Source: Botryllus schlosseri (lineage: Eukaryota). From it: a DNA stretch of 64,000 nucleotides. Shown here piece by piece: positions 38,406 through 50,760 of the stretch. Position 1 is the first letter of the stretch, and every line of letters begins with the position of its first letter. A program made the translations under genes and the position numbers. The DNA lies in NCBI GenBank assembly GCA_051294905.1, contig CM119381.1:22754001-22818000 (forward strand), given 5' to 3'. The notes beneath the pieces are model-generated. The model was not told the DNA's origin, searched no databases, and worked only from the letters and a program-made list of their open reading frames with translations.

Positions 38406-40010
38406 CCGAGAGTTTGAAATAATCCTTGGTCGCCTGTGCATTTAGGCGTTGAGGCTTGGACTAAATGTTACACGTATCTGTGAGATGTGACGTAATAACG
38501 AAATGCCTCTCGAGATTGCAATCAGAAATTTCGTTGTCTCAAGCTTGCCTGCTTTTCATTTGTGTGTGTGTGTATCATGGATCCATGTCTAATTGTCTAT
38601 GCATTTTCGTTTGCACTTGGCTAAATACATTAGAACACGAGACAACGCATCGCGGTTCGGGTGTGACGCCATAATCACATTAAATTTGAGATTGTAGCAG
38701 AGCAGACAAGCGCAGGCTTTGCCGATGCTAACCTATGTGCAGATAAATACTACTTAATACAAGGATTACAAGCAACCAATTTTGTCCGATGCCTACCGAA
38801 TTAGTCACTGCGTAATTTGCGTATTTATTGAAATGCTGTATTCCTTCGGACGTTCATGATACGTAATCATAATAATAATTTGTAGAAATATACCAATAAT
38901 ACTCTCGCTCAAATACCTACTTGCATTGACCGGGATTTGCGTTACACGTTGATGAGATAAGATTATGGGGAATATATGCATGGTCCACGATGACGTATAC
39001 CGGGGGTGTGCATTTGCGTAACCTTTTTTTTTATAGACGGGCTAGATTTGAAAAAACCATACTCTTTCTAGTTGAAACTGGTAGCTTTTTGATAGTAATT
39101 AAGAAACTGGTAACACTGATGCTGACTTTATGAATATAATTCGATATTGGCCTACATGATCAAAGACGATAACCTAAATCAGAAACATTCGCGGGCCGCA
39201 TACCATTTAAAATTATAGCTTCGTCGGGGTTGCACAATGCACAATATTGTACGCACATTTTGCACAACCCTGACGTAAACCACGAATTCAGCCAGAATTA
39301 CGGTGTCACGCCCGATTACCGCCCACGCCTCTTACATACATTTGTTTTACAATGGCACTCCGGTACTATGTTATTTCACAGCAGCGTACATGTATTCATT
39401 TGCATAACTTTTCTTCCCGCCATGCTGAGCACCTAGACGCGCGCCACGTTTGTGATTGGCTATACGACGCGATTGTGAGGCCGGCTGTACCGCATCCGAT
39501 TCAATCGCTCTGTTTTACTGATTGATCAGGCGATGTTTACCTCGAAACAACCGGTTTATGCAGTATAAAAAGGAACCTCGATGACACACAGTTCCGACGC
39601 GTATGTTACGCCAATAAGTTGGGATTCGATGCAGAGTTGATGGATCAATGCGCAAGTCGTTAAGCCTATGATAATCCACACCGGGCCCGCCGGTATTGAT
39701 CACGAGATCGCAATTATTACATTGTCATTAACCTGCTATTTATTGATTTTACGTCTGTTACGCGTTCGCTGGTTCTCAAACTTTACGAACATGGCTGCAC
39801 AAAATGAACCGCGCATCAATAACAGGGTTAAAAGAACAAAACCATTTAAGCACGATTTTCACACAATAAGATTGCCATGAATATTCACTGCAATTCAGTG
39901 TAACTTCTGCTGTATGAGTCGGGTGGGTGTCTTGACTTCCCTATTAGTTCGTGTCAACCTCGGTTAAGAACTGGCTTAAATAGTACTATTCGTTATAATT
40001 GTAGCCTTAA

Positions 40011-40032
40011 CATACATACATACATACATACA
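40011..40032 (+). repeat. (CATA)n microsatellite
   Basis: catacatacatacatacataca. Confidence 0.8.
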
Positions 40033-40739
40033 GGCAGCGTACCAAATATTGACGTCACGATCGATTTATCAAGCCACGTGAATCAGGCTAGCGTGAAATA
40101 TAGATTATGACCGGCGTAAGTAGGGTGGTACTAATCATACAGCGAGTCAGCAATGACAAATCTTACTCGGTTTCCTAGAATCGGATGAATCCTTTGCTTT
40201 GGTCAGCACCTGAGTGGCTCGCGTTGCGAGATTTCGGTCATCCGCTCGCCGGTCACTAGTGTTACGTCATAATGTGAGTCAGCGTGTCGTCCAAAACGGA
40301 CAGATGGGTTGTAGGCACGCGCGGTTGCCGTGGATCTGCTATCGCACGAAATCTCGTTCTGAAAACGGGCTCGCTTTTTATCGCAAGCTTCCAGATATCG
40401 CCTGGCGAACCCGGGTGACCCGCGCGGAATGATTTTTGCGTTTTGGCTGCTGGATTGTAGAAGGCATGCTTTCGCTTTTGATTTACAGGTAAACGCTCAG
40501 GAGTGCAGAATCATATATACATTTGAATAATATATTCATATTCCCCGAATCTTTTCGAGCTGACGATCACGGCGATGTATCCCAATTTCTCCTGATATAG
40601 TTTTGGTCTCGCTTGCTATACAGTCTGCACCCTGGCTAGTAATGTCTCTACTGGAACGTAATTTTAAACTGGGATTTATGATGTTAACTTTTAATCATAG
40701 CAACCACCGGCACTGTATCACAAACGCGGCACTAATATC

Positions 40740-40845
40740 ATTTGAATAATATATTCGCATTGAAATAAACCCGACTATTTTCGGCTGACATTCGTCGGGG
40801 GTAATCGTCAGCAACTATTAGAGAATCGTAAATAGTATGTCAACA
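40740..40845 (-). repeat. Penelope pseudo-LTR copy
   Basis: aaacccgactattttcggctgacattcgtcgggggtaatcgtcagcaacta. Confidence 0.75.
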
Positions 40846-41166
40846 ATCGTCCTTTCAGCCAGCCATTCTGCTTGGGTGTCGTGAAATCGTATCGAAATTT
40901 TGTCTATTTTCGTAGGCCTGTTATACCGGGATAAGTTTAGGATATGCTTATGCTTATTTGAGTCGATCATATACTATACTTCACCATTTTGCGGTGTCAG
41001 ATTTCGCACAGTAATTATTGATATTTGTAGTGGAAGGTGTACCTTTGGCGTTTCGTGTCTGTGAATCCAATCGCTTTGCAATTCCGAGTCGCTGCCAGTC
41101 AAAAACAACCTGTGCATCATTCAACTCATTACCGGCGCCCTTAATTCGTTCCGGCCCGTTTTCAAT

Positions 41167-41443
41167 GTTTTGTTTGTTTTGGGGTATTCATGGTGTTTGT
41201 CGACTACTATGGTCATTTACACCAGGCCGATATTTTTCTTATTTTCCGTAACTGCCGACTTATAGCACGGCCCACCTCTAGGCTTTTGTAAGACACCGCT
41301 GACGCGGATGAGGTGGCGAGGAGGAGCCTAGGTAAACCTCCAACACTTAGGTATCGGAACTCGGAAGTCGACCTCGGTCGGACTCGAACCCGCACCCATT
41401 GGTGTTGCAGCCGCGGATTATACCACTGCGCTATCTCGCCACC
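41167..41443 (-). mobile_element. tRNA-derived SINE family A, best copy
   Basis: ggtggcgagaTAGCGCAGTGGtataatccgcggctgcaacaccaatgggtgcgGGTTCGAGTCCgacc; 3' caaacaaaac tail. Confidence 0.82.
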
Positions 41444-41746
41444 AACCGTTTTCAATGTGTCTGACACGATATCCAATTTCAACAGATTAGTGCCAGCGGC
41501 CGGATGCGCGGGCCTCGTGACGTAATGTTGTCGCGCAACCAGCCAGCAGGAGGCGCGCTGCCTCGTAGCGGTTTGCTGTACGGAGAATCGGCTGTTGTCG
41601 TTTCCCGGGGTTTTGTTTATAGATTTGGCTTGCTTGCGATTCCTGCGTGCGCGGATGTTATCTGTGATGGTGATGCAAGCGGCGTTTCGCTGTAATGCGT
41701 TCTCGAAAATAGAAATTAATGTTTAATACGTTCACAATTCCAGTAT

Positions 41747-41830
41747 AGCTTCTTGGCGGTACAGAACTTCAATATACAATTGTACAATACATTCTTATTG
41801 AGATGAACCGGACATTTCGCCCGACGCTAG
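41747..41830 (-). repeat. Penelope pseudo-LTR 3' end, decayed
   Basis: agcttcttggcggtacagaacttcaatatacaattg. Confidence 0.65.
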
Positions 41831-42436
41831 CAGATCAAAAATACATCATTCGAGGCCTGCGATATTCGTAGGCCCGCATCATTTGCTCGGGAGTGCCTTT
41901 TACCAAACACTTGATGAAACCCGAAACTTGTGTGCGGTCTCCCGCGTTTGGAATCTGCCTGAACGGTGTTATCTGCATTAAAACTTGAGGAGTTTTTGGT
42001 AACTTTCAAAAATTTGATACCGGTATGTTGATTTGACCACTGTCCGAATTGGTAAAATTTATTTTTAAAGCGTATAAGTTGTGTGATACTTACGGTTGTG
42101 CAATGACACGGATTGCGCGACCTAGATTGATAGCGGTGGAGGGCTTGTGACGGGGTATTGGGGTTAGATGTCTGGTCTAGTGTTCGTAATGACTGACGTC
42201 ACAATTTACTCACTCCTACCCTATTGCCCTCGTAGAATCGTGTTTTTATGACATGTTCCTCATGAATCACCAATTTCGTCATATAATGCAGTAAAAGGGA
42301 CATTCTTACAATATACGCGTGTCGCAACGCTGTGACGGATCGCCTTTTTAGAGGAGTTCCCGTTTGCGTGAATCTTTTTGTATTTCTTCATTTTCTTTCG
42401 GTTATTAACATCAGAGCCTGCAATCGAGCCGTCATC

Positions 42437-42560
42437 AATATATTCATATTGAAATGAACCCGAATATTTTCGACTGACACTGGTCAGGGGTAATCATCAG
42501 CTACTAGTAGAGAATTGGAAAGGACATTGTATATCAATAACAACCGTATCGCCAAATTTC
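42437..42560 (-). repeat. Penelope pseudo-LTR copy
   Basis: gaacccgaatattttcgactgacactggtcaggggtaatcatcagctactagtagagaattgg. Confidence 0.78.
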
Positions 42561-42642
42561 TCGAAATATAGCCGGTAGTGAACTCGTTACACTGCAAAGT
42601 AATTGAGGGGTAATAATATAGTCATATTGCAAAATGTATTCC

Positions 42643-42676
42643 ACCCTATGCTTTTCGACTAACTCCCATCAGGAGC
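42643..42676 (-). ncRNA. Minimal hammerhead-like motif (family 2), inverted partner, with A9 changed to G
   Basis: GCUC-CUGAUGG-GA(GUUAG)UC-GAAA-AGCA-UA-GGGU; flanks are homologous to the 42831 copy. Confidence 0.55.
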
Positions 42677-42830
42677 GATTGTCAGTATATGTGGTTAACC
42701 TTAACCAAATTCGAAATAAATAACCTGCGCGTTGTTATATGCCGTTGACGACTCCATTTATTCGTAATGATTACGTCACAAGGACAAAATTCTGTCTGTA
42801 TTTTGAATGTGGTTGACCGGACATCCATTC

Positions 42831-42864
42831 GCTCCTGATGAGATTCAGTCGAAAAGCTTGGAGT
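42831..42864 (+). ncRNA. Minimal hammerhead-like motif (family 2) with G at position 17
   Basis: GCUC-CUGAUGA-GA(UUCAG)UC-GAAA-AGCU-UG-GAGU; palindromic AAGCUU stem III. Confidence 0.6.
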
Positions 42865-44245
42865 GGTATAATTTGCCGATACGAATATACTTTTTTGTTG
42901 CAATATTGTAGTTTTGTACTTGTCTATTTAGAAGTAGTATTATATCAAAATCGTACAAGTATAGCGTACCGATTACGTATGGTGACTACTGACTATGATC
43001 AATGCGAACCGCGCGCACCGTAAACCAGCCTCAAAAGTCGTGTATCAATCTTCACGAGATGATTTAATCCGAATTGGTCATCGCGCGGACAGATGTCATA
43101 ACGTTTCGTTGCTTGCAAATCGGCCCATGTCGTCGCGCGTGTCATGAGACGATTCCGCGCGCGCACCGATTACTAATATCTCACTCTTGCGTTCGTGAAC
43201 TTATCCGACTCCTTGTCGTGAATTCTTGTTATGTTGCTTGGCGGAAAATGTACTAATTGCTCATCGCCGTGTACCTTGTTGACTCTCGTCGGCGATTATG
43301 ATTCATTATATTCGACTTGTCTTCGTCTTATTGCGCGCCGGATTGCGCAGATTTCGCGATCCAATCCGGCGGCTATCGGGCCGCTGGTAAATGATTGTTA
43401 TCAATGTAATTATTCAGTAAACTTTTTCTTGTGTACCGCGAATGCTTTTGACGGGGGTCTGCAACCGGGTGTAGACTGGTCAGTGGTCATACAGAAAACG
43501 CTAAATGCGGTTTCTGCAGTAAAAAATGGATTGGTCTTGCCTGCATTGCAGCAATTCATTTGATCATTTCATCATGATGTTTGCATTTGCGCCATGCACC
43601 TTCATTGGCTAGACCAGCACCATCAAGCTGGGGTCCGGGTACAGCAGTTTAAGTGAGTTCGCAATGAGATTTTTTTATGATTGTGATTCGATAATTAAGC
43701 TTTATCGGTTGTAATGATTTCTTTATTATGAGTCAAACCGAACATTGACGGCTCAATTGCAGCAATACCTGTGCACCCACCCCATAAAACGATTCTACGG
43801 GGCTGGTCAGTGGTCACACTTGATAGTTTTCGCATTTTTTTCACTGGCGTGGTGTTGGCGTTTTTCCTGTAGGAGTGTTTTTTGATTTTCATACGGCCGC
43901 GTAGTGTCAAAATAATTGCCAAAGATTTTAGGCAAGTTTGGCAATCAGTCTGCCTTGTAGTTAGTTAGCCAGTTGCATTGACTCAATTATTGTAATTTCT
44001 ACGCCAAATATACCATGGCGCCTTCCATTCATCGTGGCTACCCGATTCGGAATAGCAATAGTGGTTGAAAAACGCACAAAATTCGCGCATATCTGGCATA
44101 TACATCTCGCATGGTGTTGCAAAGTAAATGTTGAATTCATTTTAGCGTTATGTATGTCATGTATTATCGACTTGTATTCAACCCTGCATAATATTCAATA
44201 CATGTATTCACAAACTATCCAATTCTCTACCAGTTGCTGACGATT

Positions 44246-44279
44246 ACCCCTGACGAGTGTCAGCCGAAAATATTCGGGT
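44246..44279 (+). ncRNA. Minimal hammerhead ribozyme (family 1), intact, in pseudo-LTR copy 44213-44340
   Basis: Core identical to 59439-59472. Confidence 0.8.
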
Positions 44280-45809
44280 TTATTTCAATATGAATATACT
44301 ATTCAATTGTATATTGAAGTTCTGTACCTCCAATAAGCTCTTAACTATCTCGAGCGCACGATTGCTTTTACACCGATGAATATTTTAACCCGCTAAAAAC
44401 CGTCGATTATTCAGTTGCAATCGATGTTGCAATTTGAACGTCTTCGATTTGCCCCGTCTGCGATAAAAAACTTTCCGTAAAATCCCAGCCTCCGAGACGC
44501 TTACCCGAAACGAAATCATCGCTTGTCATTCCAAAATGGATTCCAGTCGCTCGCGTCATGATTATAAAAACGCGCACGCCTATTACGACACAATTCGTGC
44601 AATGTTGCGTTGCCTGCGACCACGCAATGCTCGTTACGATATAATGACTGCTCATGTCGAATGCAGTAGTTGAACCGATTGAAAAGAAAGTATTTATACG
44701 CGCGGGACACGACATATACAGTACACGCAACGAAACATGTTTTTAGTATCTCCCCGTGACTAAATCATGATGTTTTAGTTGGTCAGTGTATCGCGTCTCG
44801 TATTTTCTTCAGGGAACGCCAGGGACATTTCCAATTGCTAGTCGCTGTTTTTACGCTTTCGGTTGTAATACTTTACATATACATTTGCGTTGCATTTTTA
44901 CACTCAGTTGTGACGCAGCGTGAGTCCAACTGTTCTGCAATTTTAGTGACTGCAGCAGCGGTAAACATACCAATTTCGATGTTGCGCTGGCATTCGTCAT
45001 GTGTTGTGGTTTATTTTGTAACGCGTCCTTATTGCTCACGAATTGAGATAGTTTCGAATTGTGTTTATCGCTAGAGCCATTTCAAAGATGCTGACCAACG
45101 CTTATCGCAGAGCTCTATGGTTAAACTTTGAATGATGCGGTGACTTGGTGTGTCTAAAATGTGCCTTGTCGCGTCATTATAACAGTCAATGCCCTATCGG
45201 GTATGACTGCAGAATTGAAATTCTCATTCCGCGGACGTTATGTGAGTGACTGCTGTTTTAACTTTCGATATATGTCACCGTGCGGCAATAACAAACTTGT
45301 TGGTGCGGTAATGAAACCTCCTTCGTATAAGCCGTCTTCCTGCCCAAACGATTTGAAATATAAGATGGGCTTGACGAAAATGGGACCAAAATACGTTAAA
45401 TTGATTCATAAATTAATTGTACAAGTTAACATGGTACGTCCAACTCAATCTGGGTGTTAGGTTTCCAAAATTCCCATATAATGATGTCAAGTCCACACTA
45501 CTTGATATAAAACACATAAGGGAAAGAGTTGTCATCCATAATTTTTAGGAAGACCTGAAATCGCCACTCAGGTCTTCCTAAAAATGCAGGTTATCTGTTT
45601 CGTCGCTGTGCGCTCTCTTTGGAGTGGTCTTGTATTTCCCTTCCGACAACCCCGCACTGCGATCCGACTGGCAGAGATAAAGCACTGGTTTGGATGGATT
45701 CGAACATGAAATTTCAATTAATTTCGAAGTTTTATGGCACGTCTAAACGAATTTCAGTGTTTTTTCGGATATGGAATTGGCATAAGATACGGTACGAAGA
45801 CGAAGCGTA

Positions 45810-46145
45810 TGGTGTCCGGTCAATACCGAGAAAACCATTACCGAGAATGGACACCACCGAGAATGAACATTGCCGAGAATGTAATGGATGCAATGCAGGA
45901 ATGTCACGCATACGTACAGGCATTGTGCATGTACATCACGGCGGTGCCAATTCTGTGTCGATTTTCAGATATAAATTTATCGAAAACGTTTTTCTCAGTA
46001 GGTTAGATTCTTGGCATTGGTCGTTCTCGGTAATGTCCATTCTCGGTGGTGCCCATTCTCGGTAATGACCATTCTCGGTAATGTCCATTGTCCATTATCG
46101 GTAATGGCACTCTCGGTAATGGTTTTCTCGGTATTGGTATGGAAC
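45810..46145. mobile_element. MITE with inverted arrays of subterminal (ccgagaatg / cattctcgg) repeats
   Basis: caataccgagaaaaccattaccgag at the left, ctcggtaatggttttctcggtattg at the right. Confidence 0.7.
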
Positions 46146-46408
46146 CATTCGTTTAAAATTTTCTCCCCACCAGTATTATCTCTGTAAAATTGAGCTGTGC
46201 GAATAGTATATCGTAGAAATGATTATGATGGTTGGTGATTAAGACCCAATCACCAAAAACGGCGGTAACTTGATTACTTTTCTACTGCAACCTTTTTGGT
46301 GATTGGTTCTTAATCGCCAACCATCATAATCATCTATATTCTACGATACTGTGCGCACAGCTCAATTTTACAGAGAATTACTGGTGGGGAGAAACTTTTA
46401 AGCGAATG
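46146..46408. repeat. Foldback element with arms of about 110 bp
   Basis: cattcgtttaaaattttctccccaccagta... / ...tactggtggggagaaacttttaagcgaatg. Confidence 0.8.
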
Positions 46409-47421
46409 CACTCAGTTCACCAGCGCAATGACATTGTCGCCTAAACTATTTTGTGTCACATCCCATCCGACGCACGCATCCACTATCAAATCGATTCGGG
46501 CCGCGGCCCACGCCCATCACAATGGATTACTCATCGTAGTAGTAGCGCGAGAAGGATATCCATCCCATACAAAGCATACATTACAAATTACAATCATCCC
46601 ACATTATCATTGCCTCAGTCATCGCACTTTTCCGTTGACATTCGACACCCTTCCGCCGCGCACTGTGGGAAGCCTTCCTGTTCTGCGATATGGTCCGGAT
46701 TACGCCCTCGGCCTATCACAACTGCACCAGCGCCATCATAATTGCCTTGTTTATGGCGTGGCCCGTGTTTTTATTACTTCGTAAGGGAAACGGTACACGT
46801 TGATGGCTCTAAATAGGTGGTGCGGTTATCGGTTTATTTATTCCGGGTGGAAATTTTTCAATAATTATTCCGCGTGGAAATTTGTTACTAACTCGAATTA
46901 CGTGTTATATTTAACCGTGATGGTCAAAGCAGTCAGTGTTACGTATGTGAAAGTAGAAGTAGCAATTGCAAGTAGAAGTAGCAATTTTTAAGACATAACA
47001 AATCTACTTTTATTGGAAGTAGAAAATGAAAGTCATGAGAAATACGCAAATGAGCAGTTACAAAAAGTACATTTGGTCGAGGGATTGCATAATTTTAGCA
47101 GTGTATGGTGGAGGGGGGGGCTGTTTTCCAAAGTGCGATATCATCTCCACGAATCGCGAATGATGCAAAATCATCAATGCAAAGAGATAGAATATTAGGA
47201 AGAATAGATTCAATCCAATGACCGTGATACACGCACGATGCGATGTAAGCTTATCCCAAACCCATGTTCTACTTTTCAAAGTGAAAATTGTATAAAGTTA
47301 GAGGTGCTTTCGCTAAAACTTCACAAGTATATAGAAATGGAAGCTGCCTCAAAAGAACCACGCGAGTAAGTGGTGCAAGTATGCAAAAGTTAATTGAGTA
47401 CTTCGACTAAGTCCTCATTAC

Positions 47422-47832
47422 TAGGGTTAACATATTTTGAGATACGAAAAAAGAGGACACTTTTACTAGTGAAAAAAGAAAAAACTATCGGACGAGGAAA
47501 CCTGTAATTTAAAATTTTTTACGGGAAATATTAGTGGGTTGAATGAAAAAGAGGTCATTTTTCCAATTCGAATCTCGAAAGACCCGTTTTCGCGTAAATT
47601 TCTTGTCGTTGACCTATTTTTAGTCGACCTTGCCGTCTATGCCGTCGAAGTACAGATTTCGCGTCATTTATGCCACTTCTGAGTTGTCCGCGTACGATCT
47701 CCCGGCTCTCACAGCTATAAAGGAGGATGAATTGTCAAAAAGGACATTACATTTGGGTGTCCTCGGCGTACATTTTCGATTTCTTGAAAAAGGAAGTCAA
47801 ATTCCCCTAAAGGAGGACGTATGGTAATCCTA
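47422..47832. mobile_element. TAGGGTTA(A/C)CATA MITE; related partial copies at about 33530-33790 and 49085-49395
   Basis: tagggttaacata / tatggtaatccta with gaggac subterminal repeats. Confidence 0.65.
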
Positions 47833-47957
47833 TGTCCGTCGAGATGAATCATTGCTGGTCAAGACGGTGTTTGACGTACGTCTGACCAGAAAAGATGAAA
47901 TTATTTGTTCCCCGAAGATATTACATCGGGGAAAATATTGTTACGTTTCCCCTAACT

Positions 47958-48281
47958 CAGTGGTTCTCAAACTGGGGGCGCACGCTCCTTCGTGAAAGCA
48001 TCTGAAGGGGGGCGCGAAGCTGCAGTTAACTGAAAAGTTTCTTTGCGTTCCGCGCGGTTTACCTTCAATTCATAGTTAATGCTCTGCGTGTATGCTGTAT
48101 ATATAGTCATAATTTCATATTTGAGAATTCTCTCGTCAACAGTCATAACCTTCCATGCAATCGAACTATCCGTTGGGATTGCTAGCATTCTGGTTGCATT
48201 TTGTGACATGACGATATGGGAGGCGCGAAATATTTCACTATCAAAAAGTGGGGCTTGTCTAAAAAAGTTTAAGAACCGCTG
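47958..48281. mobile_element. hAT MITE with a near-perfect 8-bp TSD
   Basis: cagtggttctcaaac / gtttaagaaccgctg; ccctaact vs ccataact. Confidence 0.8.
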
Positions 48282-49827
48282 CCATAACTGGTTGTATGAA
48301 GAAAAAAAACACTCGACCGTCTGTAGCCTCCATGTTTTTTGAATGATGATTATGAATATGACGAAGGCTAATTGAAACTCAAATTTCTGAGTACAGGATA
48401 TTTTGAAATTCTAACCCGTGTTCATTCCGTATCAACATGAAAAATGGGATCTTTCCTAATCATGAATTCGCAGAAGTAGCGAATTGTAATCTACTCTCTC
48501 TTCGACTAATGCGCGGAAGTGTGATTTTGAAGTATATTATATTCCATCGTGGTTCACAAATGAGAATGGCGCTTCTGCGGGCTTGCCACCATCGCGCGGT
48601 AATGCTTTCGCGTTTTGCCACGCGGTCGCAACACTCCAGGGAAAATAGTAATTACTTCCTTACGTTAGCGATCGTGAAATGAATGAGGATTAGCTCACCG
48701 CGTGATTCATCCGTCCTTATGATCGAACGCGTGCATGCCGCAATAGCATTATGTCAGCGCTTGATGTCGAAGATTTGCTAACCTAATATAGTACCAGTGG
48801 AGGTCCGCAACGGAGTAGCCTATACTCCTACTTTTTCAAATTATTCATGTAGATTTTGCCTAATTGGAAAAGTTACGCAAGTGGTTTTGCGTTAAACTAC
48901 TTCCACTTCTATACTTGGAAAGTGTTTCAAGGAAACTACTAACATTTTACACTATGTATTTTGAAAAGCGAAGAAATGGTAGTTATTGCATAAGTTTTTT
49001 GTACTTTTAGATGTGAAATCATCATTAAAAAAAAGCAAGCGAAATAGCCATTGCAGTCATTCGTGAAATTTTACTAGTAATCTTGTCATGTTGACTGAAA
49101 AAAAAGATAAGAGGTCATCTTTCCGACTGGACTCCCGAATTACCCACTTTTTAACAATACCGATGTGGATTTGACTAAAATAAGGTCATTGTCCCGGTCC
49201 CAACTCCCGAATGACCGCACCAACGTCCGCGTTTCGGATTTCGCGTCATTTATGCCGTCTTTAGTTCAGCCTGTCCCTTACCCTGGCTTTCAAAGGTATA
49301 TAAAGGAGGGGTTTCCAAAAAGGAAGACATTTTCGTTCACGGGGGACATTTTCGATATCTGCAAGAAGAAGGACGCATGATAATTGGTAGCCCTATACTA
49401 CATGTAGCGTTGTTAGGTCATTTTTCGCTCATTGAGAAAATATACAATTTCGTCAGTATAGCCACCACCGATTAACTGTTGAAAAGTATGGGAGGCCTCG
49501 ATCAAATATACTTTTAGAAACTACCCTTGCTTGACCACTTCAGACCTTTCATTTTATATACTTTCCTTTGGCGTGTTTTAACATGTCTCGAGAATCGCAA
49601 ATTATACTTGGAATTGAGTAGAAATTTGACATTTTTCGGACTACTCACATAGGTTTTGCCTGCGTGCACTACTTCCTCAAGTTGATATGATTTCTACTTC
49701 TGAGTATATCCCTTATTGGAAGCAAGTGTGCATTTACGCGACATGCAGCTTCCGCCTGTGTGCTTAAAAGTATTTGTCAACGACTTAGCCTTAGCCCGTT
49801 ATTGCGTATCGATGTGCTAAACGCGAT

Positions 49828-50415
49828 ATATATATATATCGGCTTTCAATTGAATAAAAGGGCAAAAGAAAACAGGAAACAAATGAACATCAAGATAATG
49901 AGTTTTGGGCCCTTAATAAGCGCCTCCATCGTGGGCGGTCGTGGGCGTCTTCGAGCGATAGCCCGCGTTGCGCTAGCTCGGTATCTATTGTTGAGCGCCA
50001 TGTGGTTCTATTCCAGCCACCTCTGCGCCATGGCTCGGTCGGAATGTGGTTGATGATGGCGGCGGCTGGTTGATCGTCTTGATGCCGCACTAGATGACCG
50101 ATTAAGCGTAAGCGTCGTTCAGCAGCCAGCAAACGGCATGGGACTGTTTTTGTGAGTTTGCGTAGAGCATTGGTGGATATGTGCTCCGGGTGGTGGATGC
50201 CGAGTGCGTAGCGGAGGAGTGCATCGTAGTTGGCGTTGAGTGTCTTAGCCAGCTTTTCTGTCAGCGTGAGTGCTTCTATTCCGTAGAGAAGAACCTGCTC
50301 GACAGTGGCACGGAAGATGCGGGTCTTGAGCTGTGTTGAGGCACTTGATTGGAAGAGGCTATGTAGCCGTCTTGCCGCGCCCCAGGCCTTTGCTCGCCTC
50401 GCCTTGAGCGCTTTG
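49828..50415 (-). mobile_element. 5'-truncated RTE-clade LINE (C-terminal region after the RT domain) with a (TA)n tail
   Basis: KTRIFRATVEQVLLYGIEALTLT...RRLRLIGHLVRH...TWRSTI; (AT)7 at 49826-39; candidate TSD aacgcgat at 49820-27 and 50416-23. Confidence 0.85.
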
Positions 50416-50602
50416 AACGCGATGGACATTTATGCACTTCGTCAAATACGACTAATGAATCAGCGATGTACATTGCATACGGTGACGATCGTCGTAGCAT
50501 ACTTGGTGCTGCATCATTGCAACGCTTTCGCTCATCTCTATTTTAAAATCTTCAACGCGGCCGCCGGATTGCAAACGCATGGACGCCTGTAATAGCCTAT
50601 GG

Positions 50603-50760
50603 GTTTGCTTGTTTGTGGTATTCATGGTGTTTGTAGACTACTATGGTCATTTGCACCAGGTCAATTTTCTTCATTCTTGTTCCGTAGCTGCCGACTTGCA
50701 GCACGGCCCACTTCTAGGCTTTTATAATACACCGGTTACACGGATCAAACCGCCTAGTAA
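50603..50760 (-). mobile_element. SINE family A, 5'-truncated copy
   Basis: gtggtattcatggtgtttgtagactactatggtcattt...gcacggcccacttctaggctttt. Confidence 0.75.

Noticed and set aside
41370-41443. tRNA-Cys-like gene (ctGCAac loop, A and B boxes)
   Set aside because: No proper acceptor stem, and it continues into a body shared with other copies, so it is a SINE head.
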